Below, piece after piece: positions 38,619 to 51,200 of a stretch of 64,000 nucleotides of DNA. A program made the position numbers and the translations under genes. Position 1 is the stretch's first letter; each line of letters begins with the position of its first letter. Location of the stretch: NCBI GenBank assembly GCA_016618085.1, contig JABLTG010000031.1, forward strand, positions 62,001 through 126,000, in the 5' to 3' direction. Origin of the DNA: Neovahlkampfia damariscottae. Lineage: Eukaryota. The notes beneath the pieces are model-generated. The model did no database searches, was not told where the DNA came from, and saw only the letters and a program-made list of their open reading frames with translations.

Positions 38619-39482
38619 TTAGTATCTATCTCTTCTATAATCATCACGATCACGTGATCTATAATCATCACGATAATCACGAGATGATCTATAATCATCA
38701 CGTCTATCTCTATCATAACCTCCTCTTCTATCTCTGTCATAACCTCCTCTTCTATCTCTATCATAACCTCCACGTCTATCTCTGTCATATCCACCACGTC
38801 TATCTTGTTTCTTTCTTGAACCAATTTCAACTCTGATTTCTCTTTTATCTAATTCTGTTCTGTTTAATTTAGTTGCTAAAAAGTTTAGTTTTAATATGTA
38901 TTGCTTACCAGCTTCTTGAGATTCTTTATTTTCATATGTAACGAAAGCAAATCCTTTTGATCTTCCACTTTCATTTAAAGGCATGTATACTTTAGTAACT
39001 TTTCCAAATTTTTCAAATGTTGATTGTAAAGTATCTTCAGTAGTATCAAAGCTAAGGTTACCAACAAAAATTGATAAATTGTCACCTTTATCTGAAGCCA
39101 TATTGACTCTTAAAGCTTGATCCATGTGTACAACTTCATTTTCTTTTAAAGCATCTTGAGCTTCAGTTGGTTTTTCAAATTGAATAAAAGCACATCCTTT
39201 GTGATAACGTCTTTCACGATCTCTATATAAGAATCTAATATCTTCTACGTTTCCGTATTGTTTGAAGATTTTTCTGAGTTTATCTTCATCACATTCATCT
39301 GATAATTTTCCAACAAAAATTGTTCTTTTATCTTTTTCTTCTTTACTTTCGTCATTTTCATCATAACCTCTTCTTTTTCCTGAATAACTATCGCTGTCAT
39401 CCTTTTCATATTTTCTATCTCTTTCTTCTGATCTTCTTTCTTCATCAGAGTAATCATCATCTCTTCTTTGTCTTTTGCTCAT
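38619..39482 (-). CDS. Two-RRM RNA-binding protein with an RGG/RD tail
   Basis: RNP2/RNP1 motifs IFVGKL/KGCAFIQF and IFVGNL/KGFAFVTY; RRGGYDRD repeats; one in-frame 33-nt intron. Confidence 0.9.
   Translation of the reverse strand: MSKRQRRDDDYSDEERRSEERDRKYEKDDSDSYSGKRRGYDENDESKEEKDKRTIFVGKLSDECDEDKLRKIFKQYGNVEDIRFLYRDRERRYHKGCAFIQFEKPTEAQDALKENEVVHMDQALRVNMASDKGDNLSIFVGNLSFDTTEDTLQSTFEKFGKVTKVYMPLNESGRSKGFAFVTYENKESQEAGKQYILKLNFLATKLNRTELDKREIRVEIGSRKKQDRRGGYDRDRRGGYDRDRRGGYDRDRRGGYDRDRRDDYRSSRDYRDDYRSRDRDDYRRDRY
38701..38804 (-). repeat. 24-nt coding tandem repeat encoding (DRRGGYDR) x about 4
   Basis: Directly visible in both the DNA and the translation. Confidence 0.85.
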
Positions 39483-39691
39483 TTTTGTTTGTTGCGATTT
39501 GTTTGAAAGCACAAAGAAATTGATTGGTTAAATAAATCTTCTAGTTAGTTGACCAATGGAATGATTGACAAATTCACACAACGGAAAAAAATAAAATTGT
39601 TTCTCAATCGAATAAATTTGAATTTTTAAACTGATTTTTATTTTATTTTTTTTTTGCAGTCTTTGATTGGAGGCCATCCTTTTTAAGAAAC

Positions 39692-41236
39692 ATGAAGCTA
39701 CAAATAAGTGGTGCAGATCCAGTAACACAAAGTGTTGCCTATATGATGCTAACACCACTGGCGATTGGATTAGAGGCAAAGGAGTTGTATATAAAATACA
39801 CTCTTGCTGGATATTTCTCAAAAAGAAAAAGAAAAAAATTACATAATCAAAAAGAAGAAGAGTTTTTGAGTAAAAAACAAAATCTTTTAGATTTTTTAAA
39901 TGAAAATCAGAAAGAAGAAACCATTGAAAAGGAATACTTTGAAAAATTGAAAGATCTTTCTTTTGATTCTCAAATCTCAAACGAAAAAAAAGAAATCCTC
40001 CATTTAAATTATGCAACAGAGAATATTGAACTTGAAAATTTTCAAAAAGCTCTTTTACACTGCGAAGAAATTTTAAAAATTTCACCGAAAAACTATTTTT
40101 CACATTTTTTACTTTCAAATATTTACAACAAATTAGGACTTGCTCAAGAATCAATTAATCATTCTAAAAAGTCAATATTTTATTATAATGAAGTAATTTC
40201 TTCAGAAGTTAGTTCTGCAATCAACGAAAAAATGGAAAAAGATGCTAATTCACCTCCAAAGAAACCAGGATTCATTAAAAGACGACTAAAAAGATATAAA
40301 AGAGAAGAAGATGATGAAACCATAAAAGAAGAGAAAAAATTAGGTTTTTTTAAAAAGAGATTAAAAAAGTACCGACAACAAGACGAAGAAGGATCAAATT
40401 CTCCAATCAAAGAAGATATTTGTGAACCAATAAGATTTCTACTAGAAGAAGATTTAATTTTGTATCATATTTCAAATTTATTGACATTTGAGTATTATGT
40501 TGATCTTTTAGATTTCATGGATGAAATGTCAGATCATTTTGAAAAAGGATTTAAATCATTCACATGTGGAACATGTTACTATAATTTATCTGAGATAACA
40601 AATGCTATTTTTTGTTATAAATCATCATTTGAAGAACATTATCAACAAGAAAAATCAATTGAAATGATAATTATGTGCTATAGGAGATTAGGAAATTTTG
40701 AGAAAGCAAAATTTTTTCAAGATAAATATCCAAACTTAAAAGTACCTGAATGTCACATTTCATTATTACCAACAGATGAATTTAATCATATATTTCAATT
40801 TATGGATGTTTCTTCTTTGATAAATTTATCATCGACATCAAAAAATTATCGAAAGGCAATTTGTGAATCTAAACAAGTAAAAGGAGAAATAACAATCAGT
40901 TCAGCAAATTTAGAGAAATTACATCATTATTATCTAGAATTCATTTATACTGGAATTAATGGAAACAAAAATTTAAATTATATTCTTTTCATTGAATTTC
41001 TGACAGAATTGATCTTTCAATGTCCACTTAAATATATGCCAATTTCATTACCAAAATTTCCATCAACATTACACATGATATTATCAGAAGGATATGAATG
41101 GTTATATCTGATTCATGATTCTTTCAATAACAAAGATTTTATCGTTGATTATCGATTTCAAGTGATAAAAAAGAAAGATTTGATTTTATTTTTTTTAGAT
41201 AACAACACAATTAAATCAGAAGTTGAAAATAAATAA
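39692..41236 (+). CDS. TPR plus F-box protein
   Basis: TPR-like units and an F-box (LPTDEFNHIFQFMDVSSLINLSSTSKNYRKA). Confidence 0.7.
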   Translation: MKLQISGADPVTQSVAYMMLTPLAIGLEAKELYIKYTLAGYFSKRKRKKLHNQKEEEFLSKKQNLLDFLNENQKEETIEKEYFEKLKDLSFDSQISNEKKEILHLNYATENIELENFQKALLHCEEILKISPKNYFSHFLLSNIYNKLGLAQESINHSKKSIFYYNEVISSEVSSAINEKMEKDANSPPKKPGFIKRRLKRYKREEDDETIKEEKKLGFFKKRLKKYRQQDEEGSNSPIKEDICEPIRFLLEEDLILYHISNLLTFEYYVDLLDFMDEMSDHFEKGFKSFTCGTCYYNLSEITNAIFCYKSSFEEHYQQEKSIEMIIMCYRRLGNFEKAKFFQDKYPNLKVPECHISLLPTDEFNHIFQFMDVSSLINLSSTSKNYRKAICESKQVKGEITISSANLEKLHHYYLEFIYTGINGNKNLNYILFIEFLTELIFQCPLKYMPISLPKFPSTLHMILSEGYEWLYLIHDSFNNKDFIVDYRFQVIKKKDLILFFLDNNTIKSEVENK

Positions 41237-41245
41237 TATATATTT

Positions 41246-44200
41246 TTAAATATTCATTATGAATGGACTTCCAGTAATATGTTGACCAAAATTCATAATT
41301 GAAATTATATGTTCTCCTTCTTCCATTGGATCAAAATATACTCTATGAATATTATTATCTAAAATCAATTTAGAAAAACACATTTTTCTTGATGATATCA
41401 TTGTAATATTATCATTTGTTAATTTAATATCAACATATCTTGAAACCAAATAAGGTGAAATATCTTTTGTAATTATAACATTCAATGGTGAATTTGAAAT
41501 TGGTGTTCCCATTAATTTTACTTCAATTGAATGTGGACCAACATTTGAAAATGAATGTTCAATTAAATATTTTCCATTGTTTAAATCTTTAACTTTTACA
41601 AGTTTTTTTTCATTTTCAAATGTTATGATAGCAGTTACATCATCATTTCCAGATGTAATAGCTTCACCATTTTTATTGTATAAAGAAACTTCAAAAATAG
41701 ATTTTTCAAATAAGTTACATTTTGATGGACCTTCAATCTTTGATTTTGAAGCATCAGGTGGATTATCATGAACATGAAAATATTCTGGTTTTTCACCTCT
41801 TTTTAATTGATGTAAACCAATTGAATCAGGGGTATACAAATTATATGGTTTTTCATCTTTCTTTATATCTAAATGAATCATTTCACCTTGTACATCAATA
41901 ATTTTAAGATCATCTTCACCACTTTTATAAATTTTACCTGGAATTCCTTTATAAAATTTCATAAGAGGTGGTACAGTTGGTTTAAGTAAAACCTTTAAAT
42001 TCTTTACCCAATCTAAATCTCTAAAACCTTCCATAATATTACCATCTGAATCTTTAATTGCAAATAATAAATCTTCAAGTTTTAAATCTTGTAAACCAAC
42101 ACCTGATACTTCAAGAAATATTTGTTGTTTATCAGAATCCATTAATGAATCTAAATCAAATGGATTTTCATCACTTTGAAATGCACCTCTTCTTTTTCTT
42201 TTTGGTTTCTTTTTTTCTTCTTCTTTTGATTCTTCAACAGATTTTACAATAATTTTCTTTTTTAATAATTCAACCATTGTATGTCTTCTCTTTTTATTTT
42301 CTGGTGATAAATCTTGTTCTTCTGAATCCATTAACCATAATAATTCTTCTTCTTCAATTTTTGATAATAAAGATGATTTTGCACCTAACATTTTTAATTC
42401 ATCATCATCAAAATCTCTTTTTTTTAATTTTGTTGTCATTATATCATGTAATTTCTTTTTTTTTTTCTTTTGATCATCTGTTAATTTATCATAATCTTCT
42501 TGCATTATCATTATTAATTCATCTGCATCTAATCCAATATCAGGTTTAACACCCCTTAATAATTTTAAGTCTTCTAAAGATAAATCTCTTGTTTTAATTT
42601 TTCTTTTCATCATATCAATTAATTTCTTTTTTTGATTTTTTTGTTCTTGTGAAAAATCACTTCCATCTGAATTTAATAACCAATCAAATTCAGAATCATT
42701 TAAACCTTCATTATCATTTGAAATACCAAGAAATATTAATTCATCTTTATCAAAATCTCTTTTTTTTAATTTATTTTTCATCATTTCATTTAATCTTTTT
42801 TTTTTAATTTTATCTTCTTCTGATAATTCAATTTCATCTGAATCAAGTATCCAATCCAATTCATCTGAATCTAATCTAAATGATCCTCTCTTTTTAATTC
42901 CCAATAATTTCAATTCATCATCATCTAAATCTCTTTTTTTTAATTTATTTTTCATTATATCAACTAATTTCTTCTTTTTTGATCTTTCTGTATCATTTAA
43001 TAAATCATCATCACTTTCTAATAACCAATCTAATTCAATAGATTCTAATTTAAGTGCATTTCTATCTTTAATTCCTAATAATTGTAAATCTTCATCATCA
43101 AATTCTCTTTTTTTTATTTTATTTTTCATAATATCTGTTAATCTTTTCTTCTTTAATTTTTCAGTTTCAACTAAATTTTCTTCTGAACTATCCATTAACC
43201 AATCTAATTCATCAGAATCTAATCTAAATGTTGTTTTCTTTTTAACACCAAGTAAATTTAAATCATCATCATCATCTGTTGATCTATTTTTAATCTTCTT
43301 TTTCATAACATCAACTAATTTCTTTTTTTGTTTTTTTTGAATATTATCCATTTCATCTTCATTTGTTTCAATTAACCAATCTAATTCTTCATGTGTTAAA
43401 TTGGATTTTCTTGATCCTTCAACTTTTAATTCTTCCAAATCATCATCATTTAATCCTCTTTTTTTAAGTTTTCTTTTAATAGTATCATTTAATTTCTTTT
43501 TAGTTTTCTTTTCATCTTCTGTTAATTTATCTTCTGGTGCTTCTAATATCCAATCAATTTCATCTGAATCTAATTGAAATGTTGATTTTTTATTCACTCC
43601 CAAGAATTCTAATTCATCTTCTTGTAAATCTTTTGTTTTCATTTTTCTTTTTCCTAAATCAATTAATTTCTTTTTTTTCATTTTTTGATCATCATTTAAT
43701 GTATTTTCATCTGATGTAACTAAAAATTCTAATTCATCATCATCCATATCACCTCCAAGTAATTCTAAATCTTCTTCATTTAATTCATTTGGTTTTAATT
43801 TCTTTGTCATTAATTCAGTTAATTTTCTCTTTTTTGAAATATCTTTTTCTGTTAAATTATCATCTTCTGAATCAATTAACCAATCTAATTCAGATGAATC
43901 CATTAAAAATGTTGTTCTTCTTTTAATTCCCATCATTGTTAATTCATCATCTTGATCTAAATTTCTACCTTTCATTTTATTTTTAAGAACATCAACTAAT
44001 ATTTTCTTTTTCTTTTTTTCTTCATCTGATAATGTATTATCTTCAGAATCAAGTAACCAATCAAGTTGATCTTGTTCAACAATGAATCCTGATTTCTTTG
44101 TTACTCCTAATAATTCTAATTCATCATCATTAAATTCTCTTGTTTTAATCTTTCTTTTCATGATATCTGTTAATTTCTTTTTTTTGATTTTATCATTTTG

Positions 44201-47200
44201 TGTCATTGAATCATCTGTTGCTTCAAGAAGCCAATCAAGTTCATCTGAATCTAATTTAAATGCTGATTTCTTTTTAACAGCCAACACTTTTAAATGTTAA
44301 AAATTACTTTTATCTTACTTGTTAATTCTTCTTCTTCATCATAATTACGACTCTTTATTTTTCTTTTCACTCCATCAACTAATTTCTTTTTTTTCTTTTT
44401 TTCATCAACAGATAATTGTTGTTCATCTGCACCAAGTAACCAATCCAATTCAGATTCTTCCATTCTAAAACTTGATTTTTTTGTTACACCTAACAATTTC
44501 AAATCTTCATCATCATCATCTAAACCTCTTTCTTTGATTTTTCTTTTCATAACATCAACTAATTTCTTTTTTTTCTTTTTTTCTTCTTTTGATAAATTAT
44601 CATCATTTGCATCCAAAAGCCTAATTTGAGAATAAATGTTAAATATTTAAAATTTAAGATACCAATCTAATTCTTGAGCTTCCATAATAAAACTTGATCT
44701 TTTTGATGAACCTAATAATTGTAAATCATCATCATCATCATCAAGTCTACTTTTAATTTTTCTTCTCATTCCATCCACTAATTTTTTCTTTTTCTTTTTT
44801 TCATCAACAGATAATGAAGATTCATCTGCTTCTAAAAGCCTTTAAAGAAATGATTTAATTAAATTAAAATCAAACCAATCCAATTCAGAATCTTCCATTC
44901 TAAAACTTGATTTTCTTGTTACACCTAATAATGTAAGTTCATCATCATCATCATCAAATCCTCTTCCTTTAATTTTTCTTTTCATTCCATCAACTAATTT
45001 TTTCTTCTTTTTCTTTTCATTTTTTGTTAAAGATGAATCATCAGTCTCAAGAAGCCAATCTAATTCTTCAGCTTCCATTTTAAAACTTGATCTTGATTTA
45101 ACTCCCAACATTTCAAGTTCATCATCATCATCAATTTTTCTTCCTTTAACTTTTCTTTTCATTCCATCAACTAATTTTTTCTTTTTCTTTTTTTCTTCAA
45201 CTGTTAATTTACTTTCATCACTATCAAGAAGCCAATCTAACTCTTCAGTATCCATTTTAAAACTTGATCTTTTTGTTACACCTAACATGGCTAACTCATC
45301 ATCATCATCATCAAATCCTCTTCCTTTGATTTTTCTTTTCATTCCATCAATTAATCTTTTTTTCTTTTTTTTTTCTGGAACAGTTAAAGTTGATTCATCT
45401 GCATCTAATAACCAATCTAAAATATATTTTAATGAAAAAATAAACAAAACCAATTTCTTCTGTTTCCATTATAAAACTTGATCTTCTTTTTCCTTCAAGT
45501 AATTCAAGATCATCTGCATCATCTTCACCACCTCTTCTTTTTATTTTTTTTTTATTCATGTCAAGTAACTTCTTTTTCTTTTTTGTTTCACCATTTGCCA
45601 ACCAGTCCAATTGTTCAAAATCTTCTATAACATTTCCATTTGCGTCTTTTAATTTGAATGTTAGAAATCCTTCATCTTCTTTTAATGATTTTCTTCCCAT
45701 GTCAAGTAAACGAGGTTTTGAATTAACTTCTAAATCCTTTTCAAATGTTAAAGAACGATCAATATTAAATATATCAACAGAATAAGATCCTTTTCTTTCT
45801 GGCATAAAAATTGCAGAATAAGTTCCATCTTTTGTTTTGTTATTTTTGTTTTATTTTTACCATGATTATCAATTATTGATGCAACAACAGGTTGTGATCC
45901 ATATTTTATTATAACATTAAAGTTTTCTCCACCTGAAGTAATTTTATTATAATCTTTATCAACAAGTTGAATTGAAACAATTGTATCTGTAGCTATGAAT
46001 GGTTTTTCAGTTGATAATTCAGGTGCTTCAATACAAGCAAATGGTTTTGATTGAATTTTAACATAAAAACCTTCTTCTGAAATTAATTGTTCATTCATTG
46101 AAATAAATAAACGATATTTTCCAACTTGTTTTGGATTAAAAGTAATATCATAAACACCATTATTATTATCTTTTAAAATTGTTTGATGTGGTGATGGTGT
46201 ATTAATCTTACATGAAATTTTATCACCTCCAAAATTCAAATGATTTCCAAATTTATCAACAGCTTGTACATGAACAGTACAATCATGTCCAACAAAATTT
46301 AAACTATTTGGTTCAAGTGGATATCCATAAACTTCACATTGATCAGCAACTTTAAAATGAGTATTATTTTATAATTTTTTTCTCTTACCTAAAGATGGTT
46401 GAATATAAATATCAAATGGTTTATCAGCAATTGGTTTATCATTTAAATTTATAGTTAATTCATGATTACCAGGTTCATTAGGTGTATATTTTGCGAGATG
46501 TGAACCATCATCTGAAGGTGTTAATTTAACATCAACATTATTTCCTGTTGATGATTTTAAATCAACAAACCATTCATCATCACATTTTGGACAAGGTGTT
46601 CCATCAGGCTAAATTATAATTTTAGAAACTTGAATTCTTACAAGAATTGGTGTAATAGTAAAATGTGTTTCAATATCAACTTTTGGTTTACCATCAATAA
46701 CACCAGGACCTGATAATTTTGTTCTTCTTGGATCAGCCATTGGTAAACCTTTCTTGTTTCTAATGTCTTCTTTCATTTTTTTTAATTCATCAATTTCTAT
46801 TCCTTTATCAACTTTAAGACCAATATGAATCTTTCCAGAAACTGTTTTGTCATTTGAAGTTCTTTTTTTCAAAACCAACCACATTTCGATCCATTTTCCA
46901 TTTGCATTAAATAATTCAGGATGATCACGAAGGTAAACTTAAAAATTAATAAAAATTGATTCTTCAAACTTGTATGACATCCAAGAAATTCATGGTTTCC
47001 AACTTGTTGCCAGTTATAAATTTCAAAACGAATTGTTACATTTCTGTTTGTATTTTTGAAATTTTCTACGTCCATATCAACAAGTTCATTCCACTTTGGA
47101 CTTGTTGATTTTTTTATAACTTTTGTTTTTGTTCTTGGATGAATACCTCCCATTACAAAGACGCAAACATATGGATTTGATTTTCCAAATACATCAGTTC

Positions 47201-47399
47201 CACAAATATTCTTAGCTTGAATAACTTGACAAGAAACTTTCAAATCACTTTTGAATCGTCTTTAGTCTGTTTTTTTTTCTTACCCTTTTTTTCGTTCATA
47301 TTTTTCCAAGGTAATGTTATAAGACTTTTGTAGTTTTGAAGAATCTACAGACTTTTGATCTTTTTTAGGCTTTCTTGCAAAACTTTCAATTTTCTTCAT
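41246..47399 (-). CDS. C2 plus filamin-Ig repeat protein with an internal array of about 19 ~58-aa repeats
   Basis: C2 domain (QAKNICGTDVFGKSNPYV...PKWNE) and filamin repeats (DNNNGVYDITFNPKQVGKY, DLNNGKYLIEH...PISNSPL); the exons join in frame through about nine introns. Confidence 0.85.
42250..45610 (-). repeat. Tandem protein repeat, consensus about ELDWLLDSDExxLTxxEKKKKKKLVDxMKRKIKxRxxDDDELxLLGVxKRSSFxMxxx
   Basis: About 19 LDWL-anchored units counted in the spliced translation. Confidence 0.9.
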
Positions 47400-47492
47400 C
47401 TTTCTGAAAAGATTCGAACAGTAAGACTCGTCTTGGATTGACCAATGAAATTTTTCCAAAAAAATTTATTCACAAATTCAGAAAAAGGATTT

Positions 47493-48231
47493 TCAATTCA
47501 TCTTTTCCCAAATTTCTTCTTTTTTTATTGTATCTGTCAATGGTAGTGTCAATAGTCCTTCGACATCATGAAAATCAAAAGTCTTCGTTTGTTCATAACC
47601 AGATTTTTCCCAATTTTTTAATTGTTGTTTTTCTAAAGCATTTACAGTTAATTCTAACCCATTCTTTTCAGCATTTGAATAAACAGTTCGAAACCTTTCT
47701 TCAAGTTGATTCAAAGGTACTTTTAATTTGGCTCCTCTTTTTAATTCTTGATTTGAAGTTGATTCTGAAAATTATTAATGTTTTTTTTCTTACTTTTATC
47801 AGAAATGTAAACTTCTCTTAAGTCTTTTGGTGATTTAGTAAATAAAGCTCTGGCTTTTATAGAAGGAAAAGTATGAGGTGGATCATTTGGATATGGTATA
47901 ACATGATGGTCACTATCATCACCAGTTAAAATTGAACGAAATGGTTTTCTTTTTCCTCTAATTCGATATTGTTCTTGGTCTTGAAAAAATTAAATTTCCA
48001 AAATAAATATTTTTACCACCTGATGATTTAATAGTGTATTGAATTACTTGGAGGCGTAAAATAATGTGGTTTTTCACCAAAATATGGAGAAGGTTTAATT
48101 CTTCTTTTTACTTCTTCTATGGTTTCATAAATCAAATAAGGAAGTGGTTTTTTCAATTCTGTCAACTTTTTATTATTTAACCTTATACCAAACAGAATTG
48201 AAATTATCAGCAGAACACTACTCAACAACAT
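47493..48231 (-). CDS. Hypothetical protein with an N-terminal hydrophobic signal/anchor
   Basis: MLLSSVLLIISILFG start; the exons join in frame through two or three introns. Confidence 0.65.
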
Positions 48232-48295
48232 TTCATTTGAAACAATAGAATAGTTTTTGATTGGTGGAAAAAAAAAAAATGAAAAGAAATTTTAA

Positions 48296-51200
48296 TTAAT
48301 ATTGAAAAGCATATCTTGATGTTGTTTGTCTCAATAATAAGGTATCTTGATCCCAATTATTTAATATCACATTATTAATATAGTCTTCATAATGAAATTG
48401 ATCCAAAAATAATGGTTTTCCTCTTTTCAAATTGTGATCAAATTCACCATGATAATCTTTATAAGGTGAATTTAAAATAGTTGTTCTTCCATCTCTAAGT
48501 AAAATTAATTGACTTGTTGAAACATTTAAAAATAGTTGATGACCAGTCAAAATCATATGAGATGAACATTTACCTGGTAAATAGGTTTTTGTTTCACATT
48601 TACAATTTCCAATCCTTTTTTTTTGAAATGAATTATTATTAATAATACATACTGTAATGTTTTACCACAAATTAAACAAATGGTTGTGTGATCAATTTTT
48701 TTTGAACAAGTTGAACATTTTGTAAAATGATATTTCAAAAATAAATCTTGATACTACAAATATGTATTTTAAAAATTGAAATATTTTCTTACATTATATG
48801 GTAAATAAACGAAATGAAATGGTTTAGGTATTGAATATTTTGGTATAATTTCATTAATTGACCATAAATTAATTTTTGATGATGATTTTAATTGATCAAT
48901 CCATGAAATTGAATATTTTGATTCAATTGAATCTATATTATTTAAATTTGAATAAATTGAATCAAAAGATTGAAATTTTAAAAATTTTGATAAATCATCA
49001 AATGAATTTTGAATTAAACCATCAAGAGATAAATTAAAACATAATGATTTGAATAATACCATTCTTCTTAAAAAAGTTAAACTTAAATCTTTGATTAATT
49101 GAATTTCATCATCAATTTGAATATATTTTGGAAGTTTAAAATGAGAAAAATAATCATCATCATAAATTGATAAAATGGATGATTCAATATCATTCAATTT
49201 TATTTGATTTGATTTTTGATATCTAAATTTGATTACAAAAATGGATTGTATAATTTGAGCTAGATAAAAAATATCAGATATTTTTTGAAAATCTTCAAAT
49301 AATTCAGGTTTTAAAATTAATAATCTAACAAAAGTTGAAAATAAATCAGTTGATAAAAATGGAAAATATCCAGTTTTTAAATCAAATGAAAGACTATCAG
49401 TATTTCCTAAAATACAATTTAATAAAGTTATAGTTTGTTCATATTTCTTTTTTTGAAATTTAAAATTCAAAATATGATTAATTCCTTTCATTAAATTCTT
49501 TAATTCAATATCATTGGGTAATTCATATAAATTGATATTTCTCATTAAAATTTCTTGTGATGAAATATTAAAAATGAAAGATGTATAAAGAATTGAAGGA
49601 TCAGTTGGATCTTCAATTTTTTGAAAATCTTCAGAAACATAAATCATTCTTTGTAATAATTGTATTATTGAGGCTTCTAATGAAAATTCTTCAATTTTTG
49701 ATTCTTTAATTTCTTTCATTTTTTGTTTTTTTAAAATATTTGATAAACAAGATAAATAATCATCTTGTATTTTTCTCTTTTTTTTTTCTTTTTCTTCATC
49801 TTTTGTTTTACAATATTTTAAGAAAATATCTTCAATTTTAGAATCTTCTAAAATTGGAAATACAACATTAGCTAATCTTCCACAAACCTAAAAAGTAAGA
49901 TTAATTTCAATTTACAGGACATAATATTTCTAAATGTTCTAAAAATAAACACCAATCTCCTTTAAATGAATTCTTTTGTAATAAACTCATATAATAATTA
50001 TGAAAACAATCAAAATGACAAATATGTCGACATGAATTTAATTGAATTCCATGAGTTTTATTAACATTTGAAAATAATTCTTTAAATTCACCAATATCAA
50101 CTGGAATACCATTATTATCATCTTTTTGTTTTTTCCAAGGAATATCTTCATTCTTTACATTCTTTAAATCATTATAATTGTATGATCCTTCTTTTGATTC
50201 AATATAATTCAAATTAGCTGTTGAAGAAACACTTTCACTTTTTGAAACATGTGAAACAAAACCAAAATGTGAATTTCCTGAAGGTGATGTTGTTGAATGA
50301 CAAAAAACACAATTATTTTCATTTTCATCATCCAATCCTTCTTCTTCTTCATCTGATAAGAACATTGATTCATCAATTTCATTCATTTGACTTAAAAATG
50401 AATTTTCAATTTTCTTTTGTTTTTCTTTTGCTTCTCTTAATCTTTTTTCACGCTCATTTTCTTTTTTTATTTCTTCTTCTTTCACTTGTTCATTTTCATG
50501 TTTTCCAATCATATCAATGATTAATTCAATGAATACTTTTTGTTCATTCAAAGTATCATCTTTTTTTTTAATATCTAAAAGTAAAGATAGAATTGAATGA
50601 TTAGAAATGATTTTTATGTTAAAATTCTTTTTTAATGAATTTTTGAATGGAAATTTAATATTTCTAAATGATTTAATTTCACTTTCTTTCATTGATTCAA
50701 ATTTAACTTCTTCATCCATTATATCTTGTTGTTGTTCTGTATTTAAAATATAAATGATTGAATGAAGTGTTGAATTTAATAATTTTGATGTCATTTTATT
50801 ATTCAAACTTCTAAAAAGAATAATAAAAATTAAACTATAAAAAGTATTGCATGATAATATTTTTTTTAAATTTTTCAATGATTTAAATGGTTCATTTGGA
50901 TATTTCAATTTAATTTCTTCATTTCTGAATACTTTTTTAAAATTAATTTCAACTTCTTGTAAATCTCTTGGTAAATAATTTGAATAATAAAGATTCAATT
51001 CTTTCCAATTTTCTTTTTTTGTTGTGTATTCAGAATTTGAATTTTTTGATACTTTTTGTACTTTTGAAGAAATAGAATCAATCATATCTTCAATATCAAT
51101 TGAATCTTTAAATATTTTTGGAACTACTTTTTGTAATTGAGAATGAGTTGAATTCTTTAAAAATAATTCATGTAAAATATAATCTTTTGAATTCTCTTCA

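Noticed and set aside
38462..45610. CRISPR array or transposon interpretation of the repeats
   Set aside because: The repeats are in-frame protein repeats or a two-copy UTR motif; no spacers, cas genes, transposase or terminal repeats were seen.
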